From assembly GCA_016937995.1 (NCBI GenBank), contig JAFGVM010000008.1:1-52251 (forward strand): a stretch of DNA of 52,251 bases, written 5' to 3'. The notes below the pieces were generated by a model. It did not search any database. It saw only the letters and a list, made by a program, of their open reading frames with translations, and was not told where the DNA came from. The translations under genes were made by a program, and so were the position numbers. Origin of the DNA: Candidatus Delongbacteria bacterium. Lineage in GTDB: Bacteria > UBA4055. Below are positions 26,223 through 36,122 of this stretch, piece by piece; position 1 is the first letter of the stretch; every line of letters begins with the position of its first letter.

Positions 26223-26873
26223 CTAAACCAATAATATAATGAGACCTATTATGATCCCGGTAAATGATGCTTTAAATTTTTTCTTTGAAAATAAATAGGG
26301 TGTGAACATTCCAAGGAGTATAAAAATAATAAGATCGTTCATAGCAAGTGAAAGTTCTGATGGGGCTAAGAACTTGAACAGCAGATTTTTAGATAAATAA
26401 ATCAAAATTAAAGCGAATGTAGTGAATGTAACTATTGAATATGTAATCCTGATTCCCAGAGACAGTCGAATACCCAGTTTTTTCTCATCCGTAATGAATT
26501 TTTCAATAAATTTCTCAATATACATTCTCTTGTAGTAAACGTATGTTGCAGTAAGTCTACTCACAATTATTATAAGTGCGAATGTAATAAGTGTTAATAA
26601 TCCGATATTTGGTTCGAACTGTGCAATAATCTCTTTTGTAGATGAAATAACGACAAAAAAGGAAAATGGATATTCCGGATATTTAGTTGCACCTGAAGGA
26701 ACGTAATGTATGTAAAAAAAATGGGTTAGTGCAGCGGTTATAAAAACAAAATAAGGATCAAATCCTAAGAAAACCAACAGAAAAGATACCATGAAAGGTT
26801 GTGACAACATGCTCTGACCAATCTCTCTGCTTTCGATCAGTATCAGAGAAGATATTAATGCTGAAAATATCAT
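26223..26873 (-). CDS. PTS mannose-family IIC-like membrane protein (highly divergent)
   Basis: Hydrophobic; GQSMLSQP and PSGATKYPE resemble IIC motifs; lies immediately upstream of IID. Confidence 0.6.
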   Translation of the reverse strand: MIFSALISSLILIESREIGQSMLSQPFMVSFLLVFLGFDPYFVFITAALTHFFYIHYVPSGATKYPEYPFSFFVVISSTKEIIAQFEPNIGLLTLITFALIIIVSRLTATYVYYKRMYIEKFIEKFITDEKKLGIRLSLGIRITYSIVTFTTFALILIYLSKNLLFKFLAPSELSLAMNDLIIFILLGMFTPYLFSKKKFKASFTGIIIGLIILLV

Positions 26874-26933
26874 TTATGCTCTAACTATAATTAGTTCAGC
26901 TATTATGAATATTGAATTGTTAATCAGATACGC

Positions 26934-26966
26934 AAAAACCGTGAACTTAAAAAAATCCACGGCTTC
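26934..26966 (-). terminator. Probable terminator after the gyrA-hypothetical pair
   Basis: Minus strand GCCGTGGA...TTCACGGT followed by TTTT. Confidence 0.5.
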
Positions 26967-27001
26967 TAAATAATTTTAACCTGAAGCTGTAGAGCTTCTG
27001 T

Positions 27002-27499
27002 TTATTTGATATAATCGATCCAGTTGTCAAGTCTTGATGTTATCACAAGATCTCTGATGACCAGAAGGATGATAGTACCAATAAAAAACAGTCTCGACAT
27101 CTTAGATTCAAACGGTTTATCTTCTTCAAGATCGTTTGATTGAGAATGAAGTGTTTTTAAGGCAACAGCAGCCAAGATCAAAATAAGCCACCATGTAGTG
27201 TTTATCCAATCCCAACTGAATAATACAGCACATAGTAGAATCACTGATGAGATAATGCCGATTTTTGTCTCGGTTTCAAATCTTACAAATCTCTCAACGA
27301 TGTTTAAAGATTCACCTTCGCCGTTGAAATCATCATTGTCAACTACTTCTTCAGTGTGTTCGTTAACGATCTTCTCAACGATTATTTTCTCAGGTTCTTC
27401 ATCGATCATTCCAACTTTCTCGTCTTTTACTTCTTTGGGAGTAGCTTCCACAATATCTTTTTTCTCAGTCTTTTTTTTGGTTCCTTTCTTTGCAGGCAT
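27002..27499 (-). CDS. Hypothetical membrane protein with a charged, low-complexity N-terminus and ~3 TM helices
   Basis: RBS GGAGGG; Lys/Glu-rich N-terminus followed by hydrophobic segments. Confidence 0.72.
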   Translation of the reverse strand: MPAKKGTKKKTEKKDIVEATPKEVKDEKVGMIDEEPEKIIVEKIVNEHTEEVVDNDDFNGEGESLNIVERFVRFETETKIGIISSVILLCAVLFSWDWINTTWWLILILAAVALKTLHSQSNDLEEDKPFESKMSRLFFIGTIILLVIRDLVITSRLDNWIDYIK

Positions 27500-27527
27500 A
27501 ATACCCTCCGAAATTTATTGAAATTAT

Positions 27528-30116
27528 TTAATCTGTTCCTTCATCGGTGTTGATCTCATCAGTATTTATCTCGGGAGATTCTTCAGAGCTTCCATCAGCT
27601 GCGGTAACGATTTCTTCTACGATTACTTCAGGTTCTTCGTACTCAGGAAGTATACAAACATCAGCGATATTATCACCTTCTCTGAGCTTTATCAATCTTA
27701 CACCCTGAGTGTTTCTGCCCATTACCCGAATATTTGACATGGACTGTCTTATAACAGTACCGTTCACTGTCATTATCATAAGGTCGTTATCATCATTTGC
27801 TTTTTCAAGATAGATCATTTTACCGGTCTTTTCAGTAACGTTCAAGGCTTTTACACCTTTTGAGCCTCTTTTTGTTTTCCTGAATGCTCCAACTTCTGAT
27901 CTTTTACCGTAACCATTTTCACTCATAACAAGGATTGATTCCTCTTCACTATCTGAAACGACCATACCTACAACTTTATCACCTTCTCTCAGGTTTATTC
28001 CTTTTACACCAATAGAGTTCCTTCCGACCTCTCGAACAAGACTTTCATGGAATCTGTTGGCATAACCAAAATATGTTCCTAAAAGTATCTCATTATTTCC
28101 ATTGGTGATCCTTACGTTCAGAAGTTCATCATCATCTCTCAGGTTTATAGCTATGATACCTCCGATGTTTGGTCTGGAGTATGCCATTAATTTTGTTTTT
28201 TTGATGATTCCGTTCCTTGTTGCCATAACAATAGATTCACCGTCTTTTTCAAAATCTTTAACAACAAGCGCTGCTTTTATCTTTTCACCCTGAACCCTTT
28301 CAAGGATATTAACGATCGGTCTTCCTTTTGATGCTTTTCCCATCTCAGGTATCTGCCATACTTTTTTCCAATAGCATTTACCTCTATCGGTAAAGAACAT
28401 TACATAGTTGTGATTGGATGCAGTGAACATAAACTCGATCTCATCATCATCCTTACTGTCAGCACCTTTTGCTCCAACACCACCTCGACCCTGCTGTTTA
28501 AATTCAGCAGCATTTATCCTTTTTATGTATCCTGAGTATGAAAGTGTTACAATAACATCATCATCAGGTATCATATCCTCAACTGTCAGGTCATCGGCAA
28601 AGTAAACAATTTCAGACTCCCTCTTATCTCCGTATTTGTCAAGGATCTCCTGAACTTCATCTTTTATTATTTGAATTCTTCGGTCTCTGCTTCCAAGAAT
28701 CTCTTTGAGGTCTTCTATCTTTAATTTTAGTTCTTCGATCTCATTTAATAATTTTTCTCTTTCAAGAGCTGTAAGTTGGGATAATCTCATTGCCAGTATA
28801 GATGTAGCCTGTATTTGCGAAAGACTGAATTCTTCCATAAGGGCTGTTTTAGCAAGATCAGCGTTTGAGCTTCCCCTTATTATTTCTATCACTCGGTCAA
28901 TATTGTCAAGGGCTATATTCAAGCCGAGAAGAATATGTATCCTATCCTCTGCTTTTTGAAGATCAAATTTACTTCTTCTAACAATTATTTCTTCTCTGTG
29001 GAGAATGAATTGCTCCAGAAATTGTTTTAAGTTCAACTGCGTTGGTTTTCCGTTAACCAGAGCGATCATATTACCACTGATAGAAGTTTGTAGTGGTGTA
29101 TATTTGTAAAGTAAATTGATTATTACATCTTCATTCGCATCTTTTTTCAGTTCAATGACTATTCTTGTATCCTTGCTGGATTCATCATTAACATCAAAAA
29201 CACCATCGATCCTTTTATCTTTTACCAGCTCGATTATCTTTTCGATCAAACCCTTACGGCTCACCTGATAAGGTATTTCAGTGATAACAAGCCTGCTCCG
29301 TTCACCCTTCTTCTCAGTAATTATCTTTTCGATCCTGCCTCTTAGAACAACCCTTCCTCTACCTGTCAGATACATCTCCTTGATACCGGAATAACCGTAA
29401 ATGATACCCTTGCTTGGAAAATCAGGAGCCTTGATATAGTGCATCAATCCCAACTTTTCTTCAATACCGAGCTCTTCATCAGCTTTTACATTGTCAATAG
29501 GTATTTCAGGATCATCTAAAAGTGCCAGTGTTCCCTGGAGGATCTCAGTTAAATTATGAGGAGGGATGGATGTTGCCATACCCACTGCAATACCCTGTGC
29601 ACCGTTGATCAATAGATTGGGTACTCTGGTCGGCAGTACTGAAGGTTCCATAAAAGCATCGTCATAATTTGGTACAAAATCAACTGTTTCCTTGTTTATA
29701 TCAGCAAGCATTTCATCTGATAATCTATTAAGTTTGGCCTCTGTGTAACGAGGAGCAGCTGCAGGAAGGTCGACGTTACCAAAGTTTCCCTGTCCGCTCA
29801 CTAACGGATATCTGTATGTAAAAGGTTGTGCCATTCTTACTAAAGCTGAATAAATCGCCTGGTCGCCGTGAGGATGATACTTACCCATAACCTCACCGAC
29901 AATTCTGGCACATTTGTTCTCTTTCTTGTTGTAATGCAGTCCAAGTTCATTCATTCCGTAAAGGATCCTTCTCTGAACTGGTTTTAAACCGTCTCTAACA
30001 TCTGGTAAAGCACGGGAAACAATTACCGACATTGAATATTCAATATATGACCTTTGCATCTCGTCTTCGATAAATGCTTCAATGATATTTTGATCTACAG
30101 GTACTTCGAAACTCAT
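27528..30116 (-). CDS. gyrA: DNA gyrase subunit A
   Basis: [23 protein letters not shown], catalytic [12 protein letters not shown], GyrA-box-like QGRGGVG, C-terminal pinwheel repeats and an acidic tail. Confidence 0.95.
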   Translation of the reverse strand: MSFEVPVDQNIIEAFIEDEMQRSYIEYSMSVIVSRALPDVRDGLKPVQRRILYGMNELGLHYNKKENKCARIVGEVMGKYHPHGDQAIYSALVRMAQPFTYRYPLVSGQGNFGNVDLPAAAPRYTEAKLNRLSDEMLADINKETVDFVPNYDDAFMEPSVLPTRVPNLLINGAQGIAVGMATSIPPHNLTEILQGTLALLDDPEIPIDNVKADEELGIEEKLGLMHYIKAPDFPSKGIIYGYSGIKEMYLTGRGRVVLRGRIEKIITEKKGERSRLVITEIPYQVSRKGLIEKIIELVKDKRIDGVFDVNDESSKDTRIVIELKKDANEDVIINLLYKYTPLQTSISGNMIALVNGKPTQLNLKQFLEQFILHREEIIVRRSKFDLQKAEDRIHILLGLNIALDNIDRVIEIIRGSSNADLAKTALMEEFSLSQIQATSILAMRLSQLTALEREKLLNEIEELKLKIEDLKEILGSRDRRIQIIKDEVQEILDKYGDKRESEIVYFADDLTVEDMIPDDDVIVTLSYSGYIKRINAAEFKQQGRGGVGAKGADSKDDDEIEFMFTASNHNYVMFFTDRGKCYWKKVWQIPEMGKASKGRPIVNILERVQGEKIKAALVVKDFEKDGESIVMATRNGIIKKTKLMAYSRPNIGGIIAINLRDDDELLNVRITNGNNEILLGTYFGYANRFHESLVREVGRNSIGVKGINLREGDKVVGMVVSDSEEESILVMSENGYGKRSEVGAFRKTKRGSKGVKALNVTEKTGKMIYLEKANDDNDLMIMTVNGTVIRQSMSNIRVMGRNTQGVRLIKLREGDNIADVCILPEYEEPEVIVEEIVTAADGSSEESPEINTDEINTDEGTD

Positions 30117-30332
30117 TAATTTCTCCGATATGTTAATTTATTTATAGTGGTTCATTTAGTAGCTAACAATAAAAGCAAAATTAACCAATAAAGCAACAGA
30201 AATATAATTAATTATTATAGTTATTTATAAGAGTATTGGAGTCGAAGAAAACTGATCGATTATTTGGTGTTGATATATTTGCATTGAATCGTTAAATTGC
30301 ATACGGACATTAATATTTTAGAAGTTGTGATC

Positions 30333-32459
30333 ATGAATAAGACCAAAATAAAAATACTGGCTCTAAGTATACTGATATCAATGCTTTCCCTGATCACGGT
30401 AACAAATTTTTTTGACAGGTTCGAAAATCAGTTCACTGATCTGAAGTTCAAAGAAAGATATTACGACAAGGTCAGAGAGAATTCGATCGACGATATAGTT
30501 ATTACAGATATTGATAGCAGATCTGTTGATAAACTGGGGAAATATTTTGAGTGGCCGAGAACTTATTTGGCTGAAACAGTGAAAAATCTTGCAAAGGGAA
30601 AATCAAAAGTCGTAGGTTTCGACCTTTTATTTGATCGAAGTAGATTTACTGAAGATGATTCCATACTGTGTGAAACAATTTCAAATGCAGATAATGTTGT
30701 TGCAGGTTACAATTTTCAGATGGAAGATAAATACGATTTTATCTATGCAGATACTGTTGAAACAGGGATACCGTCAATTATAAATTTTGAAGATCCGGGA
30801 TTCTTTTCGGAATCGAAGGATATTTTGGATTATGGATCAAAGGATATTATAAGTTCAGCAACTTCAAGCGGCTTTCTTGGAATTACAAGTGATGAAGACG
30901 GAGTTTTCAGAAGAACACCTCTGATCAGAAAGTACCTGGGCAAACTGTATCCTGCCCTGTCTCTTGTAGTATGTATGAAATATCTCGGAGTTTCTGAGAG
31001 TGATATTGTTTTCAATGACAAAAAAAGTATAGTTCTGAAGAATGCAACTATCGACAGCGTTAAAAAGGATATTACAATTCCACTTGATAATGAGAACAGG
31101 ATGCTGATCCACTACAAGGGTACCTGGAAGACCTATAGAACCGTATCTTTCTACGATGTAATGAAAAATCGAGTAGGAAGAAAGACTTTTAAGAACAATA
31201 TCATTCTCCTGGGATCTTCACTGAGAGGCTTAATGGATCTGAGATCGACTCCAATTCAAAAAGACTTTCCCGGTGTTGAAGTTCATGCTAACATTATCAA
31301 TACGATCATAAAAAATGATTTTATTTCAGAAGTGGACCTGATCTATATAATTTTGATCATGCTTCTTCTATCTCTGATAGTGAACCTATTAGTGACAAGC
31401 AGACTCCATATGTTCTTCTCAACTATGTTCGTTATTATTTCTTCTATCACGTACTATAAGTTATCATTCTATTTGTTCAACACTGAAAATATTCTTCTCG
31501 ATATTACAAGACCAATATATTCTATCGTATTCTCATTTCTTGTAACCTATACGATAAGTTATTATAATGAGAACAAATCTAAAAAATTCATCAAAAGTAC
31601 ACTGGGCAGATATGTACCTGAGGTAGTTTCAAAGGAAATGCTAAAGAATCCTGATCTTTTAAAAGTTGGAGGGGTTAAGAAAGAAATTACAATGATGTTC
31701 TCTGATATTCGTGGCTTTACTTCTTACAGTGAAAAAACAGATCCAAAGACTTTGGTAGAATTTTTAAACCATTATCTGAAAGAAATGACTAAAGTTATTA
31801 AGCTTAATCAGGGAACTTTGGATAAGTACATGGGTGATGCTGTTATTTGTTTCTTCGGAGCACCTCTTGATTGTGATCATCCACATTTAGCATGTAGATC
31901 CGCATTGAATATGCTGGAGAACCTTGACGAAATGCGCCCTCACATAAAAGATGAAATATTCAGAGATATCGAGATAGGACTAGGTATCAATACCGACGTA
32001 GTGACCGTTGGAAACATTGGTAGTGATGAGCTTTTCGACTATACCGCGATAGGTGATGGAATGAACCTCGCATCAAGATTGGAGGGATTGAATAAATACT
32101 ATGGAACAAAAATTCTGACAAGTGGTACGACTTATGAATATGTAAAAGATGATTTTATTTTCAGAGAAATAGATCTAGTATCGGTCAAAGGTAAAAATAA
32201 ACCGGTCAGAATTTATGAGTTGATAGATTTTAAGGACGGTAAACTTTTCACTGTTGAAGTTAAGGAGAAGCTGAATATTTATAACAGAGGTCTGAATCTG
32301 TACAGAGAGGGTGATTTCAAGCAGGCGCGAATGGTATTTGCTGAAGTAGCTGAGAAATATAAGGATAAAACTTCAGAGATGCTGGTTTACAGATGTGAGC
32401 AGATGATTGCCGATCCACCGGTTGACTGGAAAGGTGTTTGGAAAATGGAAGGGAAATAA
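30333..32459 (+). CDS. CHASE2-domain class III adenylate cyclase (start likely 30333)
   Basis: CHASE2: IVITDIDSRS...WPR, DEDGVFRR, PGVEVHAN; TM helices. Cyclase motifs FSDIRGFT, DKYMGD and DYTAIGDGMNLASRLEG; the Lys/Asp specificity residues indicate ATP. Confidence 0.93.
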   Translation: MNKTKIKILALSILISMLSLITVTNFFDRFENQFTDLKFKERYYDKVRENSIDDIVITDIDSRSVDKLGKYFEWPRTYLAETVKNLAKGKSKVVGFDLLFDRSRFTEDDSILCETISNADNVVAGYNFQMEDKYDFIYADTVETGIPSIINFEDPGFFSESKDILDYGSKDIISSATSSGFLGITSDEDGVFRRTPLIRKYLGKLYPALSLVVCMKYLGVSESDIVFNDKKSIVLKNATIDSVKKDITIPLDNENRMLIHYKGTWKTYRTVSFYDVMKNRVGRKTFKNNIILLGSSLRGLMDLRSTPIQKDFPGVEVHANIINTIIKNDFISEVDLIYIILIMLLLSLIVNLLVTSRLHMFFSTMFVIISSITYYKLSFYLFNTENILLDITRPIYSIVFSFLVTYTISYYNENKSKKFIKSTLGRYVPEVVSKEMLKNPDLLKVGGVKKEITMMFSDIRGFTSYSEKTDPKTLVEFLNHYLKEMTKVIKLNQGTLDKYMGDAVICFFGAPLDCDHPHLACRSALNMLENLDEMRPHIKDEIFRDIEIGLGINTDVVTVGNIGSDELFDYTAIGDGMNLASRLEGLNKYYGTKILTSGTTYEYVKDDFIFREIDLVSVKGKNKPVRIYELIDFKDGKLFTVEVKEKLNIYNRGLNLYREGDFKQARMVFAEVAEKYKDKTSEMLVYRCEQMIADPPVDWKGVWKMEGK

Positions 32460-34328
32460 ATGAAAAAAGATTTTGATATAATTGTTGTCGGGGCGGGTCA
32501 TGCAGGTGTTGAAGCGGCATGGATATCGGCTCAGATGAAGAAAAAAGTTCTGCTGATAACTCAAACTGTGGATCAGATCGCCCAGATGTCATGTAACCCT
32601 GCAATTGGTGGTCTTGCAAAGAGTCATTTGGTCAAAGAGATCGACATTCTCGGTGGTTTAATGGGTGTAGCGGCAGACAGAACGGGTATTCAGTTCAAGA
32701 CATTGAATTTGTCGAAAGGACCGGCTGTATGGGCTCTCAGAGTCCAGTCAGATAAGAAAAGATACTCCGCGTTTGTCAGGTCTAAACTGGAAAATCATAA
32801 GAATATTGATATTCTTCAGGATGAAGTTCTTGATCTTGTAATAAAGGACAATGAGTGTAAAGGCGTAAAAACAGAGATAAACGGTATCGTTCACTGTAAA
32901 AAAGTGATCATCTGCTCAGGAACGTTTTTAAAAGCTGTAATTCACATCGGAAAAAAACAGATCCCTTCAGGAAGGTTAGGGGAAAAATCCTCTTATGCTC
33001 TTTCTAAGCATATGCAGAAGCATGGATTTGAAGTCGGTAGACTAAAGACCGGTACTCCTCCGAGAATTGCAGGTTATTCTATAAATTTTGAAGGTATGGA
33101 TATTCACGGTTCAGATAAACATATTATTCCATTCTCATTCCGGCACAACAAAGCCTTTTTGAAACAAACTCCATGCTATGTGACGAATACTACGAAAGAA
33201 ACACATTCTATTATTGGAAGTAATTTAGATAAAACCGCTTTATTTTCAGGACAGATAAAAGGTACAGGACCAAGATACTGTCCCTCAATTGAAGATAAGG
33301 TTTTCAGATTCAAAGAAAAAATATCCCATAGATTATTCCTTGAACCGGAAGGTCTGGATACAAATGAATTCTATATAAATGGATTTTCATCAAGTTTACC
33401 TGTGAATATTCAGAAGAAAGCCCTCCACACGGTTCCCGGAATGGAAAATGCTCATTTCGTAAGACCGGCCTATGCTATTGAATATGATTATTTTCCTGCT
33501 TATCAGATCAAACTTGACCTTGAGACAAGAAAGATAAAAAGTTTATATTTCGCAGGTCAGATCAATGGAACGTCAGGATACGAGGAAGCTGCGGCACAGG
33601 GTTTGATGGCGGCAATAAACGCAGTATTGAAAATTGACGGCAAAGAAAGTTTTATTCTTCAGAGAAATGAAGCCTATATAGGAGTTCTGATTGATGATCT
33701 AATTACAAAAGATATCAGAGAACCGTACAGAATGTTCACATCATTGGCAGAATACAGGCTTGAACTACGTCATGATAATGCGGACTCAAGATTATTAAGA
33801 TTCGCAAAAAAATATAAACTTCTAAAGAGAAGTGAAATAAAATACCTGGAAAGCAGATTGAAAAATATAGATGAGTTACTAGAATTTTGCGGTAAGAAGA
33901 AGATAAAAATGAGTGACCTTAATGCTATGCTGAAAGGTCTCGGGGAAAAATTGTCCGGTGAGGGTCTGAAGATAGAAAAATTCTTAAAAAGACCCGAGGT
34001 GTCAATTGATATGTTGCTTAATAATTCTGTAATGAACTTTCCTGAGAAATATTCTTATTATGAACTAAAGCAGGCTGAGACACTGATAAAATATGAGGGA
34101 TATATTGCCAGACAACAGGATATGATAGATAGATTTAAGAAGAATGAGAAAATAAAATTATCACAGGACCTTGATTATTCGGAGTTCAAAGGTTTAAAGA
34201 ATGAGGCAGTGGAGAAATTGAACAGGATAAAGCCTGTCTCGATCGGTCAAGCGAGTAGAATTGCAGGAATTTCACCGGCAGATATTTCTGTGATATTGGT
34301 CAATATGAAAAGCAAGGGACTACTGTAG
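32460..34328 (+). CDS. mnmG: tRNA uridine-5-carboxymethylaminomethyl modification enzyme
   Basis: GAGHAGVEAA, MSCNPAIGG, RLKTGTPPR, GPRYCPSIEDK, AGQINGTSGYEEAAAQG. Confidence 0.98.
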   Translation: MKKDFDIIVVGAGHAGVEAAWISAQMKKKVLLITQTVDQIAQMSCNPAIGGLAKSHLVKEIDILGGLMGVAADRTGIQFKTLNLSKGPAVWALRVQSDKKRYSAFVRSKLENHKNIDILQDEVLDLVIKDNECKGVKTEINGIVHCKKVIICSGTFLKAVIHIGKKQIPSGRLGEKSSYALSKHMQKHGFEVGRLKTGTPPRIAGYSINFEGMDIHGSDKHIIPFSFRHNKAFLKQTPCYVTNTTKETHSIIGSNLDKTALFSGQIKGTGPRYCPSIEDKVFRFKEKISHRLFLEPEGLDTNEFYINGFSSSLPVNIQKKALHTVPGMENAHFVRPAYAIEYDYFPAYQIKLDLETRKIKSLYFAGQINGTSGYEEAAAQGLMAAINAVLKIDGKESFILQRNEAYIGVLIDDLITKDIREPYRMFTSLAEYRLELRHDNADSRLLRFAKKYKLLKRSEIKYLESRLKNIDELLEFCGKKKIKMSDLNAMLKGLGEKLSGEGLKIEKFLKRPEVSIDMLLNNSVMNFPEKYSYYELKQAETLIKYEGYIARQQDMIDRFKKNEKIKLSQDLDYSEFKGLKNEAVEKLNRIKPVSIGQASRIAGISPADISVILVNMKSKGLL

Positions 34329-34478
34329 GGAACTGTTCCCTACAAAATGTCCAATATCCAAGGGAAACTGTAGGGGACGATTTCTTTTCGTCCCCAAACA
34401 TCCCGTAAAGACGTGATTTATCACGTCTCGTATAAAATAAATAGATTGTCACGGATTTGTATAAATCCTCGCAATGAC
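34325..34478 (+). repeat. Intergenic repeat cassette between mnmG and rsmG
   Basis: GTAGGGAAC-T-GTTCCCTAC (34325-34343); GTAGGGGACGA..TCGTCCCC (34370-34395); GTAAAGACGTGAT-TT-ATCACGTCT (34405-34428); GATTGTCACGGATTT..AAATCCTCGCAATGAC (34444-34478). Confidence 0.85.
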
Positions 34479-34491
34479 ACAGGAAAAATAT

Positions 34492-35103
34492 ATGAACCAC
34501 GGAATAACGAATTTGATTCATGAATGTGAAGATATCTTAGGTATAAAATTTACGGAAGAACATTTTAATAATATTGAAAAATATTACAATTTCCTATCAG
34601 AATGGAATAAAAAGATCAATCTTATATCACGTAAAAGTGAAATTCCTGTTCTAAAAAATTCATTGCTGGAAGCTTATTCATTGTACGAAGTACTGCAATA
34701 CGAAGAAGGGGTTTTCCTGGATGTCGGGACAGGAGGAGGACTGCCCGGTATGTTAATAGCATGCTTAATGCCTGATGTTAAGATCGATTTGCTTGATGCT
34801 ACAAGAAAAAAGACGGTATTTCTACAACTGGCAATAGATGAGCTTAATTTTGAAAATGTGTCTGTGATCAATGGTAGACTTGAGGAACTCAGTAAAAAAG
34901 ATTATGATGATAAATATGACATTGTTTTTACAAGAGGGGTTGGGAATTTTAAAGTAATTACTCCTCATTTATTAAGGGTCATAAACGAAACAGGAAGTGT
35001 TTATATCCTGACCGGGGAGGATAATGGAGAATTTTTCAAAAATTATCAGATCTTCGAAAATCCCTACTTGGATACAAGAATTATTGTTCACCTGGAAAAG
35101 TAA
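34492..35103 (+). CDS. rsmG: 16S rRNA m7G527 methyltransferase (start likely 34492)
   Basis: WNKKINLIS, LDVGTGGGLPG, LLDATRKKTVFL, GRLEE; canonical position after mnmG. The ATG at 34474 lies within a repeat element. Confidence 0.93.
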   Translation: MNHGITNLIHECEDILGIKFTEEHFNNIEKYYNFLSEWNKKINLISRKSEIPVLKNSLLEAYSLYEVLQYEEGVFLDVGTGGGLPGMLIACLMPDVKIDLLDATRKKTVFLQLAIDELNFENVSVINGRLEELSKKDYDDKYDIVFTRGVGNFKVITPHLLRVINETGSVYILTGEDNGEFFKNYQIFENPYLDTRIIVHLEK

Positions 35104-35466
35104 ATGTTCCGAATATTAGACATATTATTCTACATCCTGATCGTTATTGCAATAGTTTTACCATTTCTAAGAAACCAAGAACTAGAAAATCCACAAATAT
35201 TTGTCACGGCAGGAGATAATTTCTCTAAATCTCTGGATCCAGGAATAGATTCAACATATCATTTTCATAATGAGAAACTTGATATTGAGGTTCAGGTCAA
35301 AGATGGAAAGGTCAGAATGACAGACTCTCATTGCAAGACTAAATATTGCGTAAAATATGGTTGGTTAGGTAAAGATGACAATGGAAAGATCGTTTGTATG
35401 CCGCAGAAAGTGATAATAAAGTTCACAGGGGAAAAAGAAAGTAAAATAGATGCTGTTGTAGGGTAA
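35104..35466 (+). CDS. NusG domain II-containing membrane-anchored protein
   Basis: N-terminal TM, then VKDGKVRMTDSHCKTKYCVKYGW...IVCMPQKVII (C-x4-C...C-x-P pattern) and a C-terminal DAVVG. Confidence 0.82.
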   Translation: MFRILDILFYILIVIAIVLPFLRNQELENPQIFVTAGDNFSKSLDPGIDSTYHFHNEKLDIEVQVKDGKVRMTDSHCKTKYCVKYGWLGKDDNGKIVCMPQKVIIKFTGEKESKIDAVVG

Positions 35467-35473
35467 AAATAGG

Positions 35474-35570
35474 TATGAGTTATAAGTTATGAGTGATGAG
35501 TTCGCAATAGTATCTCTAAGTTTTACATCTAATATTGTAGGGTCGAACCCATATGTTCGACTGGATGGGT
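35474..35570 (+). repeat. Heptamer tandem plus GTAG-REP-like palindrome
   Basis: TATGAGT-TATAAGT-TATGAGT-GATGAGT (35474-35501); GTAGGGTCGAAC-CCATAT-GTTCGAC (from 35537). Confidence 0.7.
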
Positions 35571-35577
35571 TTTATAT

Positions 35578-36105
35578 ATGAAATTTACATATTCATCACG
35601 TGTTTATATTATTGCAGTGTTCTCAGCCTTAGCATCCATGCTTCAGTTGCTGGAGATATTTATAATTCTCCCAATTCCATTTATTAAGATCGGTCTGGCA
35701 AATTCAATTACATTATATTTTCTAAAGAAACGCGAATATTTATCCGCTTTTTTCATTAATATGATAAGAATATTCGTTGGAGGGTTTTTCAGTGCTAAAC
35801 TTTTCTCTCTGCCCTTCTTATTTTCTCTGAGTGGAGGAATTATTTCTTTTTCAGTAATGTATTTTTTAATAGTTTTTTTCAGAGATAAAATCTCGATAAC
35901 TGTAGTAAGTATTTTTAGTGCTGTAGCTTTTAACCTGACCCAGTATTTTTTATTTTCAAAGATCTTCGGAGGAGTGATGGAATATGATACTACTGTTTCG
36001 GTTATTATTCTACTGAGTATCCCAGCCGGGATCATAACAGCGATCGTTGCGAACGGGATATTGAATCTGAATGTTGATATTGTTATAACGAAAAAAGGCT
36101 CGTAA
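35578..36105 (+). CDS. Gx transporter family protein (annotated elsewhere as heptaprenyl diphosphate synthase component I)
   Basis: LE...PIPFIKIGLANSITL, RI...FSLSGG and SIFSAVAFNLTQ; this family typically partners NusG-II proteins. Confidence 0.8.
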   Translation: MKFTYSSRVYIIAVFSALASMLQLLEIFIILPIPFIKIGLANSITLYFLKKREYLSAFFINMIRIFVGGFFSAKLFSLPFLFSLSGGIISFSVMYFLIVFFRDKISITVVSIFSAVAFNLTQYFLFSKIFGGVMEYDTTVSVIILLSIPAGIITAIVANGILNLNVDIVITKKGS

Positions 36106-36122
36106 TCAAACGAGCCTTTTTT
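36091..36122. terminator. Bidirectional terminator between the Gx gene and dnaK
   Basis: AAAAAAGGCTCGT-AATCAA-ACGAGCCTTTTTT. Confidence 0.85.

Noticed and set aside
27528-30116. Intein in GyrA, or a ParC assignment
   Set aside because: The length (862 aa) is normal with no intein after the catalytic Tyr. A GyrA-box-like QGRGGVG and acidic tail favour GyrA.
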